From Hydrolagus colliei (Eukaryota): a stretch of DNA of 64,000 nucleotides. The translations under genes and the position numbers were made by a program. The stretch is from the NCBI GenBank assembly GCA_035084275.1, contig CM068751.1, forward strand, positions 5,084,001 to 5,148,000, given 5' to 3'. The notes beneath the pieces are model-generated. The model ran no database searches. It was not told the DNA's origin and saw only the letters and a list, made by a program, of their open reading frames with translations. Each line of letters begins with the position of its first letter. Position 1 is the stretch's first letter. Of the stretch, positions 12,960-24,003 are shown piece after piece.

Positions 12960-15900
12960 AATCAAAAATATCTGCATATTTATTACAGCAACGTAGAAAT
13001 TAAAACCAAACTGATACACCACCAGCAAATTCCTTTGAACAGTATGGAGGAACAAATGGCCACTCAGCAAACTGAGAACAAAACTCACAAATTAAGAAGC
13101 ATAAATTAATACAGACTTGGCATCACGGCCATGGTCCATTTCTCGCACTCAGTCTGAAACCAGGCTCATCAGCATATTAGGACTGTGCCAACAAACATAT
13201 CTGGTAATCTATTTTTCTACAAACATCTACTCATCAATCAAATGCTTTGGGATGCACGCCTTCTGTTAACTTGACCATACAGAGCTCAGTGCCGCAGGAT
13301 AAGGACAATGCTGTACGGTCAGATTACCAAACGTTCAATTGCTGAATTTATAAAACTACAACAAGCTTCCCTCCCTTCCCAAAGAATTCTGTGTTCCAGT
13401 ATCATAATATTGCAGTGTTAATGATTTTCTTCAGGAAAATGTCTGGCACATAGACCCCCGTGACCTACCGCTTCAGACTGGATGACAAATTAATCCAGCA
13501 CATTTCAGTAAATTTTTTGTTGTCTCGCAAATTGTTCCCTAGATTACTATCAATTTGTTGGCACAGCCTTATGCACGTTAAACTAAACTTTTCTTCATAA
13601 TGCACAAAACTGTTGTTAACCTTTTCCTAACATTAATGCTACTTTTGTTTTCCCACATACAGTATTTGCTTACATTTCCTATGGCACTGCAGTAGTTTTG
13701 TTACTCTGCTCTGACTGATGGAACTGCTTCAGTTTAGTCATTTAAAAATTCACAATTATAAACATTCTATAGTTTTATGTAAGTAACACTGTACACTTTA
13801 TACAATATAATACAATATTTGCTTTTGTTTGATCCTTTCAGTCATTTGTCGTGGTGCTGTTACAAAACGCTAGCACTTACTTTTAAAAACCTCAACATTT
13901 CCCAAGTTGTCGGCAGAATATGTTGCGTAATTGAGGTTGTGAGCAAGAAAAAAAATACATTTTTCCGCATCTGCTTTTTACTACTTTGAGAGTGTGGAAA
14001 GGTCAGCTGAACACAAATGGTGTCCCTTGTTCCTTTTTAATATTAGATTGTGTTCTTTTGGTTTTACTGTTCTGTCACATTGACTCATTTTAGAGTTTGA
14101 ATTTTTAAGTTTAATAGCTGCTCATTCATCGCTTAAATGTCAATTTTATAGTTGGATCCAAAATAACGAATCCAGCGCTGACAGTTTGTTTAATCTGTTC
14201 ACAATAGCTGAAGCACTTTAAATCCATCCCTACAGCAAGTGACCAATTTATTGAAGTATTAAAACTATAATTAAGTGTATTGCAGTAAAATTCAATCAGG
14301 GTTTGTGGTCACATTCAGTTGGTTGGTCAACTTGGAAGATTCTGCAAAAGAATCACTTTTTTTTTTCCTCCGCTGACAATCCAGGCATGATCGCAATGTC
14401 GTGGGCTTCACATGATGAATCTTTTCTTAGTTGACCCAACATTCATTGCTAGAATGAGCCAGACAATATCATTGCCATACAACCGAGGGCAAAACAACTA
14501 AAGCAACACAAGGATTATCTTTACCATTTAGTTTCCTTTCAATAAATTTCTTTACTTTTCTATAAACAGAGACATTACTGAACAGCACTATGATGGTTTA
14601 CAGCAATAACCATGATTGGGTGACTCAAAGTGGACACTGACACCAAGCAGAAATGGAATTCTTTCTGTTGATTGACTCATGCTTGGATGTAGCGCAGACT
14701 GAATTTTACACCACATTATCCAAAGTGCATATACGCATACACTTGCTTTAGTTCCTTATAAGAGGCAGCCCTCATAATGGATGAGTGACAAAGTCTCGAT
14801 TTGAGTTATGAAGGACTGCTTTATGTCTGAAATAAGCTTGGTATTCCATGTCTCCCAGTTGCGTTCTCAGTCTCTGGCTGCTTTCTCCTTCAACTGTTAA
14901 GAATTGAGCAAAATGTGCAGACATCATCAAGGAAGTGTGATAGTTCTCTGCAGCATTACCATTACTCTCAAGGCACCGCTCTTCAAACAATAGCCCATCC
15001 AGGCATTTGGGGCCAATTTTTAAATCCAACACTTCATGTCCTATCCCAAGTACGATACTGTTTTCCTAGATGCTAAAAACAAATTCATTCAAATTGTCCA
15101 AAACACAGAACCCTTGCAGTTCACATATTGAACCTGATTCCTGTACCAACCGGATTCACTTTGCTGGGGAATAAAAACAGATTGACCATCTAGATGACTC
15201 ACGCTGTTTTACAAATCTTCACCTGCACAAATTAGTTCTAAAGTAACTAGTACACTATATTTTAACAGTTATTCACAAGAGGTAAGAAAAAACAACAACT
15301 TTAGAACCGAGGCAGTGAAAAACGCAAGTGAGGAAATAGTCACCAAACAAGGTTCTATTTCAGATTTATTTTTCAGCTCGAAACCAGGTTTTGAAGGTTA
15401 TGTTGCTGGCTCAGCAATATGCAATCCCCATGTCCCACTGAGCTACCAAAAGGATTATATTTGTATAAAGTTATTGATGCAGCTCTTGCCAGTGTTCATC
15501 TGTTTAATGTTTGAACGCAGAATAAAGCTATGTAGAACAGGAAAAGGGTTCAGTGATTTAAAGCAGTATGCAAGTTTTATTTCTCTCTCTCCCTTGCCCC
15601 CACCCTCCATTGTAATTCACCACACAGTGAGTTTCCAATCCAGGGCAGTCCATCAAGGGAATAAGGAAATGGCATGAATTAGCAAAACTCTCCCGCGGAG
15701 AGGTGAGTGAGTCCACTTGCTCTGCTCATTTGGCTCACTTCATAGCTGGCTCCACGTTTTGAATTTGTGCATATTTTGGATATGATCCAGATTTAGATTT
15801 CTTCACAGAATGAACTTCAAATTAGTTCCGTCACCTCATCTGCGCTTAAAAGTGTGGAATAGTTTAGTTGGCTACGTCTACCGATTGCAAATCAATCAGA

Positions 15901-16610
15901 ATGGAAGACGTCCATGAACAAAGTATTGCCAAATTAACTCTCCATTAGTCCATTAACAATGACTACACAATTCATGCTCAATCCTCACCTATCTTCAGCC
16001 GAAGTTCAGTGATAAAAGCTCAATGGATGTTTTTTGAGATTTGTCATTCTAGTTGATTTGAAAACCATTTCTGAGTGGACTTTCTGTGGGCACAGGCCAG
16101 CAAGAGGGTTTCGCATCTATAACCCATGTCTGACTTGCACTACCGCAATTGTTGGGGTAATTGGATTGACTTTCAGCTGAAAATAGGATCTTGATAGTTT
16201 TCTGAGAATGTTGAAGGAAAATAGAATGGCAAAAATGAGTTGGATTGGAAACTCAATTGGGAGCTGTAGCAAGGAATCACTTGCAGTTCAAAACTTTTGA
16301 TTTTAAACTGCTGTCCTCTATGATGAATCAAACCACTATTGTTATTTTCCTCAGCACTTTCTTCCGTTGTCTTACCCATTAGCAACAACAGCTTACAAAG
16401 TACAATTTAGCTAAGACGTGGCACAATCAGTATTCTGATGTTTTGAATGGCGCTGTAGGCTGTACAAGTGCTCACAATGTTGTTACATTACACCTTTTTA
16501 GGAAAGATGTTCTCCTAACCAGTTATCAAGGAGTTTTTAATTAGAAGAAGGAAGCAGGAGTGTACAGCTGATTTCTCCCAGTCAACCCACAGCATTTGGT
16601 GTAGGAATTG
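12960..16610 (-). other. Putative long 3' UTR of the EphA gene
   Basis: Follows the stop codon, lacks the otherwise abundant SINE, and has AU/UGUA-rich blocks near 13600-14300. Candidate minus-strand AATAAA at 14252-14247, 12984-12979 (TGTAATAAA followed by a U-rich stretch) and 12076-12071. The true end cannot be determined from sequence alone. Confidence 0.5.
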
Positions 16611-16725
16611 TTACACTTGAATGTGTGTTCCATGCATCTGATTATCCAGGGCGTGGAGGTTCTGAATGCTCAAGAGAATCCTTTTCTGGTGTCCAACTAA
16701 TGTCACTCCAATTCTGCAGAGGTCA
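16611..16725 (-). CDS. epha4l: EphA receptor terminal coding exon: SAM end and PDZ-binding motif
   Basis: Read by hand as DLCRIGVTLVGHQKRILLSIQNLHALDNQMHGTHIQV*. Acceptor cccctgtgcatttccag, stop TAA at 16613-16611. Confidence 0.95.
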
Positions 16726-16989
16726 CTGGAAATGCACAGGGGAAAAAAATGGTCAATGAGTATTGAAATATGGCAGATCATTTCTTACCTAATTTGAGCA
16801 ATACAGGTTTATCCTTTAACCCTCCGTGCACTGAAGATTACATCATTGCAAGAAAAAACCTGTATGCCAGTTTCAAGACCTGAAAAACTCGCTATTTGTG
16901 AAAGTGAAAATTGAAACAGGGGAAATAATGTGTCCCGGGGAGTGAATCGATCCTCGATCTTCTAATCAAGGGATGACATTGGTTACACC

Positions 16990-18713
16990 TAGGGAACGGC
17001 GATATATCGGTATATCGCTAAAACCCGATATGATTTTCATATCGATATGCCGATATAGACATTTAAAAAATATCGATATATCGAAAACCGATATATCGAG
17101 GTAAAAAATCGGGATGCGAGCACAATCAACTACAAGACCCAGAATGCTCATCTCTATACACAATGCACAGACCGAGGTGCAAAGCCGCCATCTTGTATTC
17201 ATAGTCCTCGAATACAATATACAGGTATGCAAGGGGTGGGGGGACAGAGACGGCTGTGGGTGGGGGGGGGGTGAGGGGGAGAGAGACTGCTGGGGGGGGG
17301 GATTGAGGGGGAGAGAGACGGCTGGGGGGGGGGGGGTGAGGGGGAGAGAGACGGCTGGGGGGAGGGGGAGATAGACGGCTGGGGGGGGGGTAGAGGGGGA
17401 GAGAGACGGCTGGGGGGGGGGAGAGGGGGAGAGAGACGGCTGGGGGGGGAGGAGAGGGGGAGAGACGGCTGGAGGGGGGAGGAGAGGGGGAGAGAGACGG
17501 CTGGGGGGGGGTGAGGGGGAGAGAGACGGCTGGGGGGAGGGGGAGATAGACGGCTGGGGGGGGGGGAGAGGGGAGAGAGACGGCTGGGGGGGGGAGAGGG
17601 GAGAGAGATGGCTGGGGGGGGGGAGAGGGGGAGAGAGACAGCTGGGGGGGGGAGAGGGGGAGAGAGACGGCTGTGGGGGAGAGAGATGGCTGGGGGGGAG
17701 AGGGGGAGAGAGATGGCTGGGGGGGAGAGGGGGAGAGAGATGGCTGGGGGGAGGAGGAGAGGGGGACAGAGACGGCTGGGGGGAGGGGGAGATAGACGGC
17801 TGGGGGGGGGGAGAAGGGAGAGAGACGGCTGGGGGGGGGGAGAGGGGGAGAGAGACGGCTGGGGGGGGGGTGAGAGACGGCTGGGGGGGAGGAGAGGGGG
17901 AGAGACGGCTGGAGGGGGGAGGAGAGGGGCAGAGAGACGGCTGGGGGGAGGAGGAGAGGGGGAGAGAGACGGCTGGGGGGAGGGGGAGATAGACGGCTGG
18001 GGGGGGGGGAGAGTGGAGAGAGACGGCTGGGGGGGGAGAGGGGGAGAGAGACGGCTTGGGGGGGGGACAGGGGGAGAGAGACGGCTGTGGGGGAGAGGGG
18101 GAGAGAGACGGCTGGGGGGGGGAGAGGGGGAGAGACGGCTGGGGGAGGGGGAGAGAGACGGCGGGGGTGGGTGGGAGGAGAGGGGGAGAGAGACGGCTGG
18201 GGGGAGGGGGAGAGAGACGGCGGGGGGTGGGGGAGGAGAGGGGGAGAGAGACGGCTGGGGGGAGGGGGAGAGAGACGGCTGGGGGGGGGGAGGGAGAGAG
18301 AGACGGCGGGGGGGGGGGGGGTGGAGGGAGAAAGAGACGGCTGGGGGGGTGGTGAGGGAGAGAGACAACGGGGGTGGGGGGTGCGAGAGAGGGACGGCGG
18401 GGGGGGGGGGAGAGACGGGGTGGATGTGATAATATACAGATAGATAGAGATGGGGTGGGATGTGAGAGAGGAGAGAGGGAGAGAAACATAGAGAGACACA
18501 GACAGAAAAACACAGAGATGGAGAGAGTGAGAGACACAGAGAGAGAAAGATATTTACCTCCTGAGAAGATAGGCCCCGAGTGCACGCGCACTCGATGCGC
18601 GCGCCCGCGCATGCGCAGTACGAAAAAACAAAAAATATCGATATTTCGGTATATCTCGATATGAGCCAACCGATATATCCATATCCAGAAAATTCACATA
18701 TCGCCGTTCCCTA
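16990..18713. mobile_element. Non-autonomous hAT DNA transposon, copy A (1724 bp), in the last intron
   Basis: Perfect 16-bp TIR TAGGGAACGGCGATAT / ATATCGCCGTTCCCTA. Perfect 8-bp TSD GTTACACC at 16982-16989 and 18714-18721. Subterminal CGATAT repeats, no transposase ORF. Confidence 0.93.
17234..18422 (+). repeat. G-rich minisatellite inside hAT copy A (unit approximately GAGAGACGGCT-Gn-AGAGGGG, about 25-28 bp, roughly 45 units)
   Basis: Directly visible tandem array with G-runs of 5-13 nt. It accounts for the long Pro/Ser-rich and Gly/Arg/Glu-rich ORFs in the track. Confidence 0.95.
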
Positions 18714-18916
18714 GTTACACCCATGCCCAATTCAACTCATTTAAAAATTAGAATGGGGGGGGGGGGGGATTAACTAATGAATTATTGATGAAAATTTTGG
18801 GACAGGGGTGCCATCATTTGCACTGAAAGATAAAGTCGTCAGCAGTCTAGTGTACCAGCATTCAATAATGTTTGAAAGTGCAGGTCAAATTAGAACCACA
18901 TCACTACTTACAGTAC

Positions 18917-19072
18917 CTGCTGTTTAAGTACACAACGGTATCCAGTGTCGTGTAACCCGCTACTGAGAAGTTCTCCTTGTATTGGCCCATCTTGATTCCA
19001 TCAAGCCAGTCTTCCAGTGTGGTAATAGCCGAGGAGTCTGGAGTACACGGATCCTGCAAGGAACTGGTTGAC
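18917..19072 (-). CDS. epha4l: EphA receptor exon 16 equivalent: linker and SAM domain
   Basis: STSSLQDPCTPDSSAITTLEDWLDGIKMGQYKENFSVAGYTTLDTVVYLNS(S). Acceptor tgtgcag, donor gtactg. 156 nt, which keeps frame with the last exon. Confidence 0.93.
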
Positions 19073-19172
19073 CTGCACACACAAACGCAGAGAAGTAAAG
19101 TATGAAAATGATTCAAAGCAGTTTAACATTGGATGTTTCGACGTTGCAACCGTGTTCACCATGTCACCTTAC

Positions 19173-19366
19173 CATGCTGCATCATTGGCTAACGTTTTGA
19201 GGTTACTTGGATTCCGTATCAGTTTGTCGAGGATGTTCACTATCTGCCCAAACTTAGGTCTGTCACCACGAGCTTTCTGCCAGCAGTCCAACATCAGCTG
19301 ATGAAGAACAGCGGGACAATCCATTGGAGCTGGCAAACGATATCCCTCATCTATTGCTTTTATTAC
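19173..19366 (-). CDS. epha4l: EphA receptor exon 15 equivalent: kinase end
   Basis: Read by hand as [64 protein letters not shown](W). acag/gtaagg boundaries. 194 nt, followed by a 100-nt intron. Confidence 0.96.
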
Positions 19367-19534
19367 CTGTAAGGATATGAGAGTTTTTACCTAGATCTTA
19401 CCAATGGAAAGTATCTTAAGTTATTTCTTATCTAATTTGTAGTGCAATTACTGCTCCTTACAGGATGCCCAAAGTATTGTTTGCCAATTGGTTACAAGTG
19501 GGGTAACACTTAAAAATGTCTTCAAATTTAATTT

Positions 19535-19674
19535 CATTGCTGTGCTCAATTGGCTGCTGCGTTTTGCCCACATAAATACAGTAAATTCACTTTACAGTAT
19601 ATTATGTGAAGCGCTTTGAGACGTCTAGAAGACATGAAAAGTGCTAGATCAAATGCAAGGATTATTAATATTAT
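19535..19674 (+). mobile_element. SINE 3' half (Deu core plus tail)
   Basis: GCTGTGCTCAATTGGCTGCTGCG...AAGCGCTTTGAGACGTC...AAATGCAAGGATTATT. Confidence 0.85.
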
Positions 19675-19779
19675 CTCTCTCAAAATATTGTCTGTATTGA
19701 GTCTCTTGGTTCCTCTTCAGATAGCTATCTATCCCTCAACAGTGAATGAACACTGAATTTCAATTATTGCACAAAGATT

Positions 19780-19860
19780 TGCTGGATCCATCCACACCTT
19801 CAAGAGTGAGGTTGATAGATTTTTAGTAGGTCAGGGTATTAAGGGATATGGGGAGAAAGT
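19780..19860 (+). mobile_element. CR1 LINE 3' fragment
   Basis: TTCAAGAGTGAGGTTGATAGATTTTTAGTAGGTCAGGGTATTAAGGGATATGGG encodes [18 protein letters not shown], a typical shark CR1 end. Confidence 0.7.
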
Positions 19861-19927
19861 TTCTAAGCAAATGATTTAAGTGACCAATTTCCATGCTGAC
19901 GTTGCACGGACCACAACTGATACTTAC

Positions 19928-20077
19928 ATCCTGGTTTGACATTTCCCAATAAGGTCTCTCTCCATAAGACATCACTTCCCACATAACAACCCCGTAACTC
20001 CATACGTCACTGGCTGAAGTGAACTTGCGATAGGCAATGGCCTCTGGAGCAGTCCATCGGATAGGGATCTTTCCTCC
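19928..20077 (-). CDS. epha4l: EphA receptor exon 14 equivalent: kinase C-lobe
   Basis: [50 protein letters not shown]. cag/gtaagt boundaries. 150 nt. Confidence 0.97.
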
Positions 20078-21024
20078 CTGAAAACATGTATGAACATTGC
20101 TTTGAAACACAGTGAAATGACTGCTTTCAAATTCTGAACAAAAAGTGAAAACATTATAGCTGACTGCGTATCTTTGGCCCCTGAATGTACGTCGCTGTGC
20201 ATTGCCTGTTTTATCATTGACTGTAATTGTTAGGCAAGGGATGTAAATATACAAGTTTCCTTCACCATGCTCATGCGTATTGGGAGGAATTGAGTGAAAA
20301 TCTTTTTTCTTCAGAATGTTTCAGGGCATTGAATTCAATCTCTGAAGTATTAATGTAGCAGAGTAAATTGATTTGGCCCCTCTCAAAAAGGTCCCGTAGA
20401 AATTCTTGATCGGTCTAAAGTACTGTTTTTAAAAAAAGACTGATTTAAAGCATGACTGACTAATAATATCAATTTGAATTGGTTGGTGCCAGTGCTCAGT
20501 TGCACATGCACAGAGCTCTCTTCAACTCAGATTATGTACAAGCAGGAGAGGGCAATTTTATATCCAGTGCGAGACTCGATTGGTGCACTTCTGCAAGCAA
20601 TCTTGCATTGCTTCCAGCTGTATAAACAAGGAATCACAGGGCAGTTTGGGAAAATAGACTTGTCAGCTTGTGCTGATTTGAGCCTGAATCCCAGGGGTAA
20701 AAAGATGCAAAGCACTATATCATCTCCCATATTTCAACCCCAAGTTTCAAATAAAATATACTTATCAACTGGTCATGAAAATGTCAAAAGGAAAAACAAA
20801 ATCTTGGCTTCATATGTGGATCATGAAACCACTTGGGACTTTTGCATCGGGTGTATGGCCAGTTAATATCTTGATGGAAAGGTTTTGTGATAACAAAGGT
20901 TCCCCTCTTAATGTTTGGTGATACAGCCTTTGTGGGGAAGAATTAAAAATATGAACCGAATTCAAGTGTCGACTTACAAACCGTGAGTGAGCTAAGTCGA
21001 ACCTGTCAAATGCGTTTAACTCAC

Positions 21025-21234
21025 CCGAGTTGTATAGGCTGCCTCTGGGTCATCTTCCAGCACTCGAGACAGTCCAAAGTCAGATACCTTACAAACAAAG
21101 TTACTGTTCACGAGAATGTTTCTCGCTGCTAGATCCCGATGAACGTAGTTCATGTCTGAAAGATACTTCATCCCGGAGGCGATTCCTCTGAGCATTCCAA
21201 CCAGCTGAATGACGGTGAATTGTCCATCACGCTT
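21025..21234 (-). CDS. epha4l: EphA receptor exon 13 equivalent: catalytic and activation loops
   Basis: [73 protein letters not shown] and DFG are intact. cag/gtgagt boundaries. 210 nt. Confidence 0.97.
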
Positions 21235-22949
21235 CTGAATAGATATGAAAAGATAACTTGCCAACATATCAAAAAGCAATGAAGTTGCCTCAAACCAAAA
21301 GAGAAACTGGGCAAGAAGTACTATGCTTCAAAACATCTGAGGTTACACCGTTTCATCTTGAGAAAACCAGCCAACTGATCCAGTTGCAGTGGGTTTCTAG
21401 GTTGGAAAAGTATAGATCATATAAAACCACAAGGAAAAGTCTCTCAGGGAAAGAAAGCTTGCACACACTCTACTTTGAGTACTTGCGAAAATAAAACATT
21501 TGTAAAACCCTTGAGCTTTCATTTCCTCCATCTACCAAAGAAATGCAGGCTTCTGATCAAAATTAAATGTACCTGGTCGCAGACATCACTTGGGACTCCA
21601 CGAGGTTAGAGGGTGCGTAAAATCCCAAAACGTTTTGTTTGATCTGTTTGGCGTTTAAATTCAAGCCAAATAGGACTGATTTTTCTTTCAACACTAGGGT
21701 TGAGGGACGCTTTCATCTTAATACAAAATTCTGGTATCATGGCAACCGCGCAAAGTTATCTGATTTTCAATGCTGAAAAAGCACTACATATATAGTGTAC
21801 AAGTTCACTTGCCAAGGAAATAATCTGAGAGCCCTATAGTAGTGCTGGTGCCCTGTGGACCCGAGCTATCCAGCTGTCTGCACTAACAAGTTAGCTAGGC
21901 CATTTGATTCCATTTTCAGGGTCCTATATGCAATAAGCAATCTTATGTCATTTTCTACATGCTGTGCCAGTATGTCAGAAGCAATGTGACAACTCAGAAA
22001 TCTGCTCTTGTTTTAAACGATTTGCTTGCACTGCAGATGTTCTCGGACTGACAGAACCACATTTTGATGGGTTTGTTTTTCCTGTAATAACTCTGCACCA
22101 ACTACGGTGAAACTAGAGTAGCACTCCATTCACAATAGATTGAGCGCTCATTGGATTCCAGAACTGTGTAGTGCTTTTACTTTCCCGTGATAACTCTGCA
22201 GCACAGAACATTACACATTGTTTCTGCAGCTTCACCGTGCAAATAGACGCAGCGGTCATGCAACTCCATACACCTCAACAAAACCAACGCAAGTCTCTTA
22301 CACAGAAAGGATCCCGCTCACCTCGAATGTAGTGCGTATGATAGCAACAAATTACAATCTACGTGGTGTTATTTTTAGGATTAAAGATGACTTTAAATGC
22401 TTGCACTTATGTCAATTAGATGTGTAACTTGGCTTCTTGTCATCTTCGATACTCAATTAAAAGGATAATGCTGACGTGTTAAAATTGATGGATAAGTTGC
22501 CAAATGAGGCTCCATGGTGGACAACACTGGGGACCACTTACTCACCTGATCCAAGCAAATAAGTGGTTACAGTGCACAAAATAATACTCTTCAATTGACC
22601 CAACTAATGGGGGACCCCCATTTAAATTGAATTAAAGCAAAAACCTGTTTGAGAAGGGATGGAAACATATAATAGTAGTCCACAAATTCACAAATAAATC
22701 ACATCACTAATCTTGGCCCAGTTAATGCTATCTAGTCTTACACATTGAGGTGTGCTAAATTATTCAGACTTTAATTACTCAATTATTTAAATTAATGTGC
22801 CATTGTTTTATCTTAAATTGAGATTTTCTCCAGTGGATGTTGTCCATCACTAATCCTGCTTCATCTTTCAACATTTGAGGGAAAGAGAGTCTGAGGCCTT
22901 AAATAAAAGCCCAAACCTCAACTCAAACATTTAAAAAAAACTGGGGGCA

Positions 22950-23175
22950 TTTTTATCAAGGAGAATCTCCCTTCTATTTTCAAATAGTGCCATGGGATCT
23001 GTAAAGTCCAGCTGCACATGCAAGTCAAGCATCTGTTTAACTTCTCAACTAAAGGACGGCACCACTGACTACACTGGAGTGTCAGCTTAGACTGCAAGTT
23101 CATGTCCCCACATGTAGCGTGAACGAACCTGCAACCTTTTAACACAGAGAGTGCTATCACTGAGCTAGGCAGACA
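22950..23175 (-). mobile_element. Older DeuSINE remnant (SacSINE1/AmnSINE1-like)
   Basis: The minus strand has a tRNA-like head, GCTGACACTCCAGTG and GATCCCATGGCACTATTTGAA; same family as 44195-44405. Confidence 0.62.
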
Positions 23176-23609
23176 CACAATGAAACTGGGAGTAAATTAC
23201 AAGGGGCAAGGCACCACATGGTGCTTGATGAGGTCCTATGTTCCAGCTAAATGGAGTTTGGTAGCCTTTTTTTTGGCTTAGTTTCTTGATTGCGTGAATA
23301 GTCAATGAACAGTGACTTTGTGTTGAATTCCAATGCAAAATAAGGAGAAACTGTTGATAGATATAAAGAGGCATATTTGCATAAAGCTGACATCAAATGG
23401 CAGTCAAAAAAGTATCTGTGTAGCTCGAAGGGTAAATGTATTTGCATATTCCAAACCTTGACAAGAAAACTAAATGGGCATTACATCCGCTTCTAATGAT
23501 TCACCTTCATCGGTTTAAATTGTTAGGCAAACTGAATTCGCTCCTTTGGGTGAATCATAATTGCTTGAAGAATAACAACAGCCACAGTATTAATTATAAA
23601 GCAGCATAC

Positions 23610-23671
23610 CCTTAGAAATGAGTCGAGCGATCCATTCTCCATGTATTCAGTTATTATCATTACCGGTTTGC
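23610..23671 (-). CDS. epha4l: EphA receptor exon 12 equivalent: kinase hinge
   Basis: (C)KPVMIITEYMENGSLDSFLR. Acceptor cctccag, donor gtatgc. 62 nt. Confidence 0.96.
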
Positions 23672-23805
23672 CTGGAGGACAAGAAAAAAAGGCGTGAATG
23701 CACAACGATAGGAAGCAAAAAGTTTCAGATATATTTTTTGGGGAAGTTAATCTAACTGGATAATTGTATGCCATGCTTTGTAATATTCAGTGTGCTCTAA
23801 CTTTA

Positions 23806-24003
23806 AATAATAATAATAATAATCCTTGCATTTGGTATAGCGCTTTTCACATCTTATCGACGTTTCAAAAGACTTCACAGAATATACTGTGAAATGAATT
23901 GACTGTATATTTGTGGATGAAATGCGGCAGCCAATTGCGCACAGCAGTGTCGCACAAACAGTCGTGGATTGAAATGATTGTGTGTTTTTTTGGACAGATT
24001 ATT
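23806..24003 (-). mobile_element. SINE 3' half
   Basis: Reverse-complement match to the SINE core and tail. Confidence 0.85.

Noticed and set aside
15121-15180. Possible extra terminal exon after a pyrimidine tract plus CAG on the minus strand
   Set aside because: A complete terminal exon with stop and PDZ motif already exists at 16611-16725, and this translation has no Eph similarity.
17234-18422. CRISPR-like repeat-spacer array
   Set aside because: The 'spacers' are only variable G-runs, the context is a vertebrate intron, and there are no cas genes.
16966-18669. Long Pro/Ser-rich (567, 457, 389 aa) and Gly/Arg/Glu-rich ORFs as independent genes
   Set aside because: They are translations of a stop-free minisatellite inside a TSD-flanked MITE and are open in several frames on both strands.
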